56,484 nucleotides of DNA from an uncultured virus (IMG/VR IMGVR_UViG_3300025133_000039) (Duplodnaviria > Heunggongvirae > Uroviricota > Caudoviricetes): IMG/VR virus record IMGVR_UViG_3300025133_000039; one strand, written 5' to 3'. Made by a program: the position numbers and the translations under genes. Below the pieces are notes generated by a model. The model did not search any database and was not told the origin of the DNA. It saw only the letters and a list, made by a program, of their open reading frames with translations. This document shows, one piece after another, positions 47,437 to 54,942 of this stretch (the stretch's first letter is position 1; each line of letters opens with the position of its first letter).

Positions 47437-47714
47437 GTGGTGAGATGAACAGCTCCCTCTGCAGGCAATGACTCGCTTTCCGTCCTGTGAGTGTCACGCC
47501 TTCATGGAGCCACGTTCACCCGTCGTGTCGAAGACTCTGTCTACAGCTGAACCAAAAAGAACACCGAGGACTCGCGTCCTGTTCGAAGTAGGTACCCATA
47601 AAAGCAAATAAGGCCCGTACTCCCCCTCCGAAACCGGATCGGAACACGAGTAGGACCACAGCGTAATCCGCGCAATGCTGGGATCAAGGTTGTAGGTAGA
47701 GTCTTCGATATGGC
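47437..47714 (+). ncRNA. Candidate structured RNA with a 26-bp G.U-rich closing helix
   Basis: 47522-47547 pairs with 47689-47714 at all 26 positions. Upstream domain TGAAC..GCTCC/GGAGC..GTTCA. Confidence 0.7.
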
Positions 47715-47741
47715 TCAACCTTCTCAATAATAAGGAACAAG

Positions 47742-48023
47742 ATGGAAATCAACTTCAGTCACTTCATCGATTCCCGAGCCAACGCGAAGAAGGCCTTGGC
47801 GGCACTGATTCACCTGTGCAAGGCGTTCGATGTTGATGATCGCGACATCCACGCGATCATTCGTTCGATTGCAGGAACGCAGAACGCAGAGATTCCAGTC
47901 ATCGCCGTCTACGAACTGGGGAATACGATCCCGACCATGAAGAAGATCCAGGTCATCAAGCTGATCCGCATGCAGACCGGCTGTGGACTCCGCGAAGCCA
48001 AGATCGCTGCGGAAAGCATGTAG
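47742..48023 (+). CDS. Ribosomal protein bL12 (L7/L12) C-terminal domain-containing protein
   Basis: KKIQVIKLIRMQTGCGLREAK matches the KI.VIK.VR..TG.GLKEAK signature. AAGGA RBS. Confidence 0.75.
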   Translation: MEINFSHFIDSRANAKKALAALIHLCKAFDVDDRDIHAIIRSIAGTQNAEIPVIAVYELGNTIPTMKKIQVIKLIRMQTGCGLREAKIAAESM

Positions 48024-48181
48024 TCGCATAACACTCGCGTACGCTCGTGACGTGGTGGTGGTTTCTCCTGCGGGGGTGTCTGGCTTCGGCTGGGCACCCT
48101 CGCTTCTTGCCAATAAGACTCGCTTACGCTCGTTGCGGGGTGATGACCTGGCGATGATGCCTTGTCTCAGCAGGAGGGCTC

Positions 48182-48460
48182 ATGCCCAACAAGGAAGACA
48201 AGTCCCTTGCTCCGATGCCGTGGTGGGCCAAGCTCATCGTCGGTGCGACCGCTGTTGGTCTGATCGTGAAGTTCACGCCGATCCAGCAGTGCCTGTACCT
48301 GTTCCTCATGATCGTGATGGTCCCGATGGCCCTGTTCGCAGGAATCGGTCTCATCTCCCAGGGCACCTACGAGGCGCTCCAGGGGAAGATCGCGGAAGCT
48401 CAGGCTGCGTTGCAGGAGCGAGTTGACGAGAAGATGCGGGAACGACGAGCCTCGGCTTAG
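48182..48460 (+). CDS. Small membrane protein with coiled-coil tail
   Basis: AGGAGG RBS and two hydrophobic segments. Confidence 0.7.
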   Translation: MPNKEDKSLAPMPWWAKLIVGATAVGLIVKFTPIQQCLYLFLMIVMVPMALFAGIGLISQGTYEALQGKIAEAQAALQERVDEKMRERRASA

Positions 48461-48514
48461 TCCAACCGTCCGTACTGTAAGCAAGAAGTAAAACCGTACT
48501 AAGGAGTACACCCA

Positions 48515-48958
48515 GTGAAGATTTCCCTTCAGGCCGTCACCGACACGGTCACCGCTGCCGTTCCCGGCACGTTCAAGTTCGCGATGCACGGTGGCAACTG
48601 TCACGTCACCTTCGGCTCCCTCCGGGGTTCCGATGACGAGGCCAAGTGCCGTGCCCTCACCCAGGCTGCCGACGCCCTCCGCGCCGCTGGTCTGGAGCCC
48701 ACGGTCCGCCTGTCCACCCGGTTCAAGGGTGAGGACAACTGGTCCCCGATGCCTCACATCTGGGTCAACCAGCCGTCCGCGCAGGAGCAGGCCACCTCGA
48801 ACCTGGAGCAGCAGGTCGCGACCCTGACGACTCAGTTCTCGCAGCTGATGTCCGCCCTCCAGGCGGGTCAGGCTCAGGCGGCTCCGGCTCCGTCGGGTCC
48901 CGAGGTCGTTCGCAAGCCCTCGAAGGAGTCCGTCAGCACTCCCGACTCGCCCATCTAG
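48515..48958 (+). CDS. Hypothetical protein
   Basis: AAGGAG RBS plus GTG and strongly biased codons. Confidence 0.75.
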   Translation: MKISLQAVTDTVTAAVPGTFKFAMHGGNCHVTFGSLRGSDDEAKCRALTQAADALRAAGLEPTVRLSTRFKGEDNWSPMPHIWVNQPSAQEQATSNLEQQVATLTTQFSQLMSALQAGQAQAAPAPSGPEVVRKPSKESVSTPDSPI

Positions 48959-49043
48959 GGCAAGAAGCTGACTTCCTGAAGTATGGGGGTGGGTCCACAG
49001 TTCCGTGGGCTCACCCCTGACGCTTCATAACTAAGGAGAAACG

Positions 49044-49244
49044 ATGGCTCGTCGTCACGTTTCGTACCGTGTGTACTCGGATCATCCGAAGCACAAGCAG
49101 ACCTCCGTGGATGTGTTCATTCCCGAAGGTCAAGATCCCCTCGTGGCTGGCTTCCGAGCGAGTCACGACCTGCGTCAGGTTCCGATGACGTTCACCCGAG
49201 GCAAGGCCACGTTCAACACGCGGTTCAGCTACCGGAGGAACTGA
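49044..49244 (+). CDS. Hypothetical protein
   Basis: AAGGAG RBS, 66 aa. Confidence 0.7.
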   Translation: MARRHVSYRVYSDHPKHKQTSVDVFIPEGQDPLVAGFRASHDLRQVPMTFTRGKATFNTRFSYRRN

Positions 49245-49537
49245 TGGGATACAACGCAAACCTGGCAGACCCCAAGGCCTGCCTGATCGTTCGGAAGTTC
49301 ATGCGTCCTGTGAAGGGCCGCAAGAACAAGGAACTCGTGCTCCGCGCCTTCATCGGCAAAGAGACCGAGGCCGGCAACTACACCGGCTCGTCGTACCGCT
49401 CGTTTCCGATTCTGGACCGACGCGGCAACTACGACGCAACCAAGTGTGCTGACCGCAACGCCTGTTGGGTCGGACCACGCCTGATTCGTCTCCGTGATGG
49501 AGCCGACATCACCCCGGAGGAAGAGAATGCTTCGTAG
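49244..49537 (+). CDS. Hypothetical protein
   Basis: TGATG coupling and GGAGG RBS. Confidence 0.7.
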   Translation: MGYNANLADPKACLIVRKFMRPVKGRKNKELVLRAFIGKETEAGNYTGSSYRSFPILDRRGNYDATKCADRNACWVGPRLIRLRDGADITPEEENAS

Positions 49538-49745
49538 CCTTCTTCGCATCGCAACTGCCCAACGTGAGGCTTTCACGTCCGCTCTCGTCAACGAGGCTGA
49601 CGTGCTCGGTCCCAAGCTGGTGGAGACCGTCAAGATCTGCGTCCGCTTCAACAAGCAGGAGGAGGGTCGCCGCGAGCGAATCGTCGCCGCCTACACCTCC
49701 TACCTCAAGCAGATCGACGAAGTCCTGGAGGAAGACGATGGCTGA
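49527..49745 (+). CDS. Hypothetical protein
   Basis: GGAGG RBS before ATG at 49527. Confidence 0.65.
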   Translation: MLRSLLRIATAQREAFTSALVNEADVLGPKLVETVKICVRFNKQEEGRRERIVAAYTSYLKQIDEVLEEDDG

Positions 49746-49989
49746 GACGACCAACGACCAGTCGAAGGGGATCAAGTTCGTCTTCCGCAGGGTGAAGGGC
49801 CAGGAGTACTCCCTGCCCTACTCCTACGTGGAGGACCGCTTCGTCGAGAACTCGGCCAGCAACCGCGAAGCCGCCGAGAACGCCAAGGCCTCTGGCTTCA
49901 CCTACGAGACCATGCAGAACAGGTACGGACGTGACAGCGCCAAGCTCCAGGCGGAGCTGAAGCGCAAGCAGCCGGCGATGTTCCTGTAA
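49738..49989 (+). CDS. Hypothetical protein
   Basis: GGAGG RBS before ATG at 49738, followed by a terminator. Confidence 0.7.
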   Translation: MAETTNDQSKGIKFVFRRVKGQEYSLPYSYVEDRFVENSASNREAAENAKASGFTYETMQNRYGRDSAKLQAELKRKQPAMFL

Positions 49990-49995
49990 AGAACC

Positions 49996-50029
49996 ACGTG
50001 AGGATCCCTTCGGGGGTCCTCACGTTTTT
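49996..50029 (+). terminator. Intrinsic terminator
   Basis: ACGTGAGGATCCC-TTCG-GGGGTCCTCACGT-TTTT. Confidence 0.85.
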
Positions 50030-50095
50030 AATAAAGAATTAGGATGACGCACTCGCTTACGCTCGTGCGTTGGTGCTAGGTGACCGTTGTCCTCA

Positions 50096-50188
50096 GCCCC
50101 CGAAGGGGGCAATAAGGTTTAAGGTACGACGCTTCCCCCGAAGGGGGAGACTCTAAAAACATCACCACCATTAAGCCCCGTAAGGGGC
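50096..50188 (+). repeat. Three near-identical mini-hairpins (CCCCC-GAA-GGGGG x2, GCCCC-GTAA-GGGGC)
   Basis: At 50096-50110, 50134-50148 and 50175-50188. Confidence 0.8.
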
Positions 50189-50212
50189 GTAACGTAAGTT
50201 AAGGAGAACAAG

Positions 50213-50404
50213 ATGCCTGTAGGTTGGAACAACCTGGTAGCGAAGCAGAATCATCAAGTGAAGTTCACCTTCACTGACGGGAGCGAAGCGACCGTCACCA
50301 TGGTCAACGACCTGGACGAGGACGAACTCACCGAAAAGCTCAATGCTTGGAGGACTCAAATGGGTGTCGAAGGACTAAAGTACGAGATTCTTACCTCGAA
50401 CTAA
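50213..50404 (+). CDS. Hypothetical protein (63 aa)
   Basis: AAGGAG RBS. Confidence 0.65.
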   Translation: MPVGWNNLVAKQNHQVKFTFTDGSEATVTMVNDLDEDELTEKLNAWRTQMGVEGLKYEILTSN

Positions 50405-50583
50405 GGTTCGTAGGAGAATAGGCACAGAAAAGAACGATTCTAATTCTTGGGGTACACATCCCCATGGAGAAGAGTGTTTAAGAAAATAGAATGGTGTTTT
50501 AGAGGTTTGGCAAAACCCTGAGATATCAGCTATTTACTCCGCGAATCACTCCTGTTTTAGTTCAATCTAGCCACATATCGGAA

Positions 50584-50658
50584 ATAACTCTTCATTTAGG
50601 CCAGATTCGGTTCAGTAATGGACTCGATCTGAAGATAACTCTTCATTTAGGCCAGATT
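50584..50658. repeat. Perfect 24-bp direct repeat ATAACTCTTCATTTAGGCCAGATT x2
   Basis: At 50584-50607 and 50635-50658, within an AT-rich non-coding stretch. Confidence 0.9.
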
Positions 50659-50683
50659 TCTCTTCGCTTACGCTCAGTGCGTG

Positions 50684-50972
50684 GTAGAGGTAGGCAGAGT
50701 TAGCACATAACTTTCCCTACCCGATAAGGAAGTAAATCTCTCACTTCCATAACTGAATAGACCTAGTTCCTATGGTCTAGTAAGAGAGATGAAGGAGTAT
50801 GTGCACAGTCAGGGTGAGGTCGTCGGCGGCCTCACCCTTTGATTTACTGATGCTTCGTACTTCGTACTAATGTGAAGTAGGAGAGACGAGAGTAAGTGTT
50901 AGGTACCAACGTAAGTCATAAAACCCCTTGCAGGGCAACCACTTACTCCACCTAACCCCTTGATACCTCTAC
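50684..50972 (+). ncRNA. Candidate 289-nt structured RNA
   Basis: Starts at the motif-A predicted +1. GTAGAGGTA pairs with TACCTCTAC (50964-72), followed by TCTTTTT. Internal stems AGGGTGAGGTCG/CGGCCTCACCCT and GAGTAAGTG/CACTTACTC. Confidence 0.65.
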
Positions 50973-51285
50973 TCTTTTTCATCTACCAACTAATCTCTTA
51001 GTTCGAACTAAAGGCTTAGTTGTAACAACCTGACGGAATAATCACGAATAAGGCTGAGATAAACCCCTGAGTCTCCGAACTCAAGGATTGAGTCTACTCG
51101 TTAAGAGTATTGCGATGGGGATAGTGATATCCCATCGACTAGATCATAGATAAGAGTTCTTATCTTGTAGTAGGTATACGTGCTCAGGCAGGTTTGTTTG
51201 GCTCGCGCTCGTCGCTGAGCTGACTACTACACATCGAGGTCGAAACAAACATCGCATTCAGCCTGCTCGTCAAAAGGAATAACAC

Positions 51286-51573
51286 ATGATCATCCTCTTC
51301 GCTCTTGCCCTGATCCTCGTTGGCTGTGGTGGAGCACTGTTCTACCACAGTGTCGATGTCCCCAGTGAGCGGCTGCTTTTTGCAGCCATCATCTGTATCG
51401 TCGCTGGAATCAACGGTACCATCGTTACTTCAGGCAAGATCGTGTCTGAGCATACTTTGGAAGAGTGGTTGTGTGAGCCTGTAGGTATGGAGTTGGTACA
51501 GTTTGACAAGGACGGTGTCTACTGCGCCGCGTCAGGCGAGACCAAGTTCTTCCCAACACCCAGCAAGGAGTAG
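51286..51573 (+). CDS. Small membrane protein
   Basis: AAGGA RBS and two hydrophobic segments. Confidence 0.65.
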   Translation: MIILFALALILVGCGGALFYHSVDVPSERLLFAAIICIVAGINGTIVTSGKIVSEHTLEEWLCEPVGMELVQFDKDGVYCAASGETKFFPTPSKE

Positions 51574-51575
51574 CT

Positions 51576-51953
51576 ATGAGACCCGATTGCCCCAACGAGG
51601 AATGGAGTCGTCACAGGCTTGGTGCCCACGGCCTCTGTTCTAATTGTGCAGGACATCGCAACGAAGTCCTCGCTCGACTTCAGGCTGTGGCACAACCTCC
51701 AGCGCTGACAAAGGACGTACCCCTGACATACAATCAGGTTCGTACTCTCATCCACGTCTTGCAAAACAGGACAGTGGTTGGGCTCCACGATATTCGCAAC
51801 TTTGTCACTACCGACATTCTGGTCCAGGCCGACGGCGATGAGCTTGGGTGGATTCGAGACAACTTCAAGAACATCCCTATCGGACCTGCACGAGTACAGC
51901 GCTGGTGGGGTGATGATGCAAAATTCATCGCATACCAGCTGCCACGCAGCTAA
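51576..51953 (+). CDS. Hypothetical protein with N-terminal Cys/His motif
   Basis: AAGGAG RBS, CP...H...CxxC. Confidence 0.65.
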   Translation: MRPDCPNEEWSRHRLGAHGLCSNCAGHRNEVLARLQAVAQPPALTKDVPLTYNQVRTLIHVLQNRTVVGLHDIRNFVTTDILVQADGDELGWIRDNFKNIPIGPARVQRWWGDDAKFIAYQLPRS

Positions 51954-51962
51954 GGAGTAGAC

Positions 51963-52334
51963 ATGTGGGAACCAAACGAAGGAATTGAAGTACTCTTGGG
52001 TAAGACCATCCTGAGTGTGACTTCAAGTGACGATGAGATCGTCTTTGAAACAAATGACGGAACATACAAGATGCTTCATCATCAGGACTGTTGTGAATAC
52101 GTTGTCATTGATGATATCAATGGTGACCTTCAGGGTCTGGTAGGACATATGGTGCGCCTCGCTGACGAGTGCACTGGCGACCGCCCCTCAGACATGGAAG
52201 ACGATGGCTACCGAGAGTCCGAAACCTGGACCTTCTACAACATCTCTGCTGGCGCCGAGGATGTGAACATCCGATGGTGCGGTAGTAGCAATGGCTACTA
52301 CTCGGAGTCTGTTGACGTGATCAAGATCAGCTGA
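51963..52334 (+). CDS. Conserved acidic phage hypothetical protein
   Basis: AAGGAG RBS. HHQDCCE.V...GSSNGYYSE motif widespread in phages. Confidence 0.75.
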   Translation: MWEPNEGIEVLLGKTILSVTSSDDEIVFETNDGTYKMLHHQDCCEYVVIDDINGDLQGLVGHMVRLADECTGDRPSDMEDDGYRESETWTFYNISAGAEDVNIRWCGSSNGYYSESVDVIKIS

Positions 52335-52573
52335 TGTTTAAGTGCATTGCTTGCAGGGACACAGGAATGAAGGGTCAATGCGGGTGTATGCCGCCAGCTA
52401 TCGGCTGGCGCGAGTGTACAAGAGAGCCTCACTGCAACCGCATACCTTGCGGTTGTGGTGGCTCCCCGCCGCAAGGTGACATCAACTTCAACAAAGAGCG
52501 CACCCCTGAAGAGATCTCTGAGATCATCTTCAACTACAACAGGAAATACGATGAGACGAGTCAACTCCCCTGA
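52334..52573 (+). CDS. Cys-rich hypothetical protein
   Basis: TGATG coupling and multiple Cys motifs. Confidence 0.55.
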   Translation: MFKCIACRDTGMKGQCGCMPPAIGWRECTREPHCNRIPCGCGGSPPQGDINFNKERTPEEISEIIFNYNRKYDETSQLP

Positions 52574-52865
52574 TGACATCCCGGATGGTGATCACTACGC
52601 AGTCTTGGTGTACAAGACTACTAGCACTCATGTGCCTGGTGATGAGCGCAGTCGTAGTAACCCTGGTCATGGCTACCCGGCACATACCGTTACAAACACA
52701 AGCTTTGAGCATTGGGTGACTCAGGATGAGTCGCTCTTGCAAAAGAAGGTGGAAAGCTTGTCAAAGCCTCCGCGCTTTAGCTACTCAGAGCCTGACAAGT
52801 TCGTGGTGTTGCGCGTCGCGAAGAAGCTGAACGTTACTACACGTACGACTGTCTCACTGTCGTGA
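52551..52865 (+). CDS. Hypothetical protein
   Basis: AGGA RBS before ATG at 52551. VPGDERSRSNPGHGYP motif. Confidence 0.65.
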   Translation: MRRVNSPDDIPDGDHYAVLVYKTTSTHVPGDERSRSNPGHGYPAHTVTNTSFEHWVTQDESLLQKKVESLSKPPRFSYSEPDKFVVLRVAKKLNVTTRTTVSLS

Positions 52866-53032
52866 AGTACGAGTACTACACACTAGCCTTTGTCAATAGG
52901 GATAGCGCACACATCAACTTCGAACTCTGCTACTGGGGTTCCACCGGGTGGAGGCTTGCCTCATCCATGCACTACATGAACCCAGTCAACGAACATGTAA
53001 TGCTCTTCTTCATGGAGAGAGAAAAGAAATAG
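52862..53032 (+). CDS. DUF4177-like small protein
   Basis: GTGA overlap. Hand-translated MKYEYY...WGSTGWRLAS...FFMEREKK. Confidence 0.55.
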   Translation: MKYEYYTLAFVNRDSAHINFELCYWGSTGWRLASSMHYMNPVNEHVMLFFMEREKK

Positions 53033-53038
53033 GAAATC

Positions 53039-53257
53039 ATGGCCGTACTCGCAGTCCTCTTTGGATGGATCGTCTTCTTGCTTTGTCTAGGTGCGCTCCT
53101 TGGACTGTGGGCATGGGTCATTGGCCCAACTCTTCTCTGGGCGCTGAACCAACTACCCCACAAGTGTAAGGAATACAAACTCAACCCCATCGCAGATGGT
53201 GTGCAGCAGGTCATCTACACACCAGGTAGATGCGCTCGCTGTGCAAGAGAACTCTAA
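53039..53257 (+). CDS. Small membrane protein with C-terminal Zn-ribbon-like motif
   Basis: Hydrophobic N-terminus, H.C...CxxC. Confidence 0.6.
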   Translation: MAVLAVLFGWIVFLLCLGALLGLWAWVIGPTLLWALNQLPHKCKEYKLNPIADGVQQVIYTPGRCARCAREL

Positions 53258-53547
53258 TGCGCAAAGTCATCTGGATTGACTCAATGTGCCACTACCTCAT
53301 CCAAGCACAAGGTAAGCATCTTGTGTTGTGGGAGTTTCCTCCTCGGTGCTGCTCCATACACGACTATGAAGTCAACATGGATGATGCAGTAGTGGTAACA
53401 AGATGGAAACGAGGGCGTCGAGTCATGTTGAAGTTCATTCCTGCGTGCTTGCAGGAGTGGGCAAACTGGCCCGGAGCCAATATTGCTACACATAAGAAGC
53501 TGTACCCTACTTCTATTGATTGTGGTGATAACCTCAAATATTTATAA
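53257..53547 (+). CDS. Hypothetical protein
   Basis: TAATG coupling at 53257. Confidence 0.55.
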   Translation: MRKVIWIDSMCHYLIQAQGKHLVLWEFPPRCCSIHDYEVNMDDAVVVTRWKRGRRVMLKFIPACLQEWANWPGANIATHKKLYPTSIDCGDNLKYL

Positions 53548-53562
53548 CTGAAAGGAAATCTG

Positions 53563-53772
53563 ATGGCACTCGACGACGACTTTTTCGAGGCACTGAGACT
53601 GGCAAAGATTGCCATTGATGACGCTATCTTCTATAGGAAGATAGCCGACCCCGAAAGAATGCTGATTTCCGCAAAACAAGCACACACTCGCCTAGACAAG
53701 GTCATCAACAAGCAAGAAGGCAATCTGCATAGCGGGCCGTGTTACCACGGCTGCGCTTATGGTTACGAGTAG
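53563..53772 (+). CDS. Hypothetical protein
   Basis: AAGGA RBS. Confidence 0.6.
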   Translation: MALDDDFFEALRLAKIAIDDAIFYRKIADPERMLISAKQAHTRLDKVINKQEGNLHSGPCYHGCAYGYE

Positions 53773-53978
53773 TGGCAAAGCCAACTAAGACTAAGCTCTC
53801 TCTTAAATACACATGTCCGAAATGCCAGGCTGAGCCTGGGTATCGATGCTTTAATCTGTATCGATACTGGCCTGGGGGAAAGCTGAAGCCTGCCTGGATG
53901 CGTGCGCAACCTGGTCACAAATCAAAACGTAGGCATACCAAAGCCTCTCACGCTGAAAGAATTTATGAGCACCTTTGA
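53772..53978 (+). CDS. Phage zinc-finger protein
   Basis: CPKCQAEPGYRC...H..R motif. Confidence 0.55.
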   Translation: MAKPTKTKLSLKYTCPKCQAEPGYRCFNLYRYWPGGKLKPAWMRAQPGHKSKRRHTKASHAERIYEHL

Positions 53979-54243
53979 CCCAAAACTCCACGTCAAGTGG
54001 GAGTATGACGTGATGTGGTACAACCCGCCTCCGGATGACCATGCGATGCTTGGCATCCAAGAAGAACTGGAAGAGCGAGGAAATGCAGGCTGGGAGCTGT
54101 GTGGTCAGGTTACTGACGTAACCAATGACACCGGCTACATCTTCAAGCGACCGCTGACCAACGCCGCACTGCTCGCCAACCCCGACGGCGCCGTGGCCGA
54201 GCGGGATGCGCGGGTGTGGGCGGGCTGGCTTGCCAAGTACTAA
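53965..54243 (+). CDS. DUF4177-like protein
   Basis: KWEY...LEERGNAGWELC...YIFKRP signature. Confidence 0.6.
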   Translation: MSTFDPKLHVKWEYDVMWYNPPPDDHAMLGIQEELEERGNAGWELCGQVTDVTNDTGYIFKRPLTNAALLANPDGAVAERDARVWAGWLAKY

Positions 54244-54245
54244 CC

Positions 54246-54422
54246 ATGAACTTCATGGAGCAGTGCCATCCTATTGACTGGCACGTGTGCAAGACCTGCA
54301 AAGGCAAGAAAAAGAACCCAAAGAAGCGCACTGAGAAGTGCCCAACATGTGCAGGCACTGGGAAGACAGCTATCTATTCCGAGAAGGATAGAAAGCTGAT
54401 GGCTTCTGGAGTGATGTTCTAG
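54246..54422 (+). CDS. Small DnaJ-type zinc-finger protein
   Basis: CKTCKG...CPTCAGTG. Confidence 0.6.
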   Translation: MNFMEQCHPIDWHVCKTCKGKKKNPKKRTEKCPTCAGTGKTAIYSEKDRKLMASGVMF

Positions 54423-54434
54423 AAGGTTGGAATA

Positions 54435-54686
54435 GTGAAAAACTTCGATCCTTTTACCATTGGTAAGCAAATCATCGAGGGTCTGCGTAATGATGGCCGC
54501 TGGGAGATGAACGACGTCAAGATTGTTCGTTGGCCCAAGCCTGGTGCACCTGACTTTCGGGTATACATCGGAGACAAAACAGTCTCTGAGTCGAGGGACA
54601 TGTGGCGCGAGGCAGATACCGCTCTGCTCTACGCCAACCCGCACTTCAGGGAAAGCCATCCTGAGCACTACGAACACCTGGAGTGA
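54435..54686 (+). CDS. Hypothetical protein
   Basis: 83-aa ORF in the operon. Confidence 0.55.
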   Translation: MKNFDPFTIGKQIIEGLRNDGRWEMNDVKIVRWPKPGAPDFRVYIGDKTVSESRDMWREADTALLYANPHFRESHPEHYEHLE

Positions 54687-54934
54687 ACATGGTAAAAAAG
54701 TATCTCTACGCGTGCATGGGAGTCAGAGTCTCTAGGACTAATCACGCTTTTGTAGAAAAACGTTACTTGGAGGAATTCCCTAATAACCCAAAACCCATTA
54801 CAGTTACCGACCTTAGCGCCCTGTGCCTCAAGAACAGCGCCAGGGACGCAGGCAGAATGCTTGAAGAGTATGTTCGAGACGACGGCTCTTCTAGCTATAC
54901 CTGGTGCATCATCGCTGTTGCAGTTAACTACTAG
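54683..54934 (+). CDS. Hypothetical protein
   Basis: Coupled to the upstream gene. The start may be the ATG at 54689. Confidence 0.5.
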   Translation: MNMVKKYLYACMGVRVSRTNHAFVEKRYLEEFPNNPKPITVTDLSALCLKNSARDAGRMLEEYVRDDGSSSYTWCIIAVAVNY

Positions 54935-54942
54935 GAACCAAC

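Larger units (their letters stand above)
44223..50678 (+). promoter_or_regulatory. Repeated motif A (consensus GCTCGCTTACGCTCGCT-N5-GT), 13 copies; putative phage RNAP promoter
   Basis: Copies start at 44223, 44493, 44721, 44939, 45166, 45565, 46234, 47132, 47415, 48033, 48118, 50051 and 50662. All are intergenic and on the same strand. Most are preceded by AATAA, and GT occurs 5 nt downstream in 12 of 13. Confidence 0.85.

Noticed and set aside
47522..47714. Retron msr-msd
   Set aside because: The long closing inverted repeat is suggestive, but no reverse transcriptase is encoded in the window.
50584..50658. Mini CRISPR (two repeats, 27-nt spacer)
   Set aside because: Only two non-palindromic copies, with no CRISPR-like terminal motif or cas genes. 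Kept as a plain direct repeat.
44223..50678. Motif A repeats as a CRISPR array
   Set aside because: Repeats are only 17 bp and degenerate, spacing ranges from ~85 to ~1900 bp and encloses whole genes, and no cas1/cas2 or effector genes are present.
44223..50678. Motif A as integron attC sites
   Set aside because: The motif is a direct heptamer repeat without the RYYYAAC...GTTRRRY inverted core, and no integrase is in the window.
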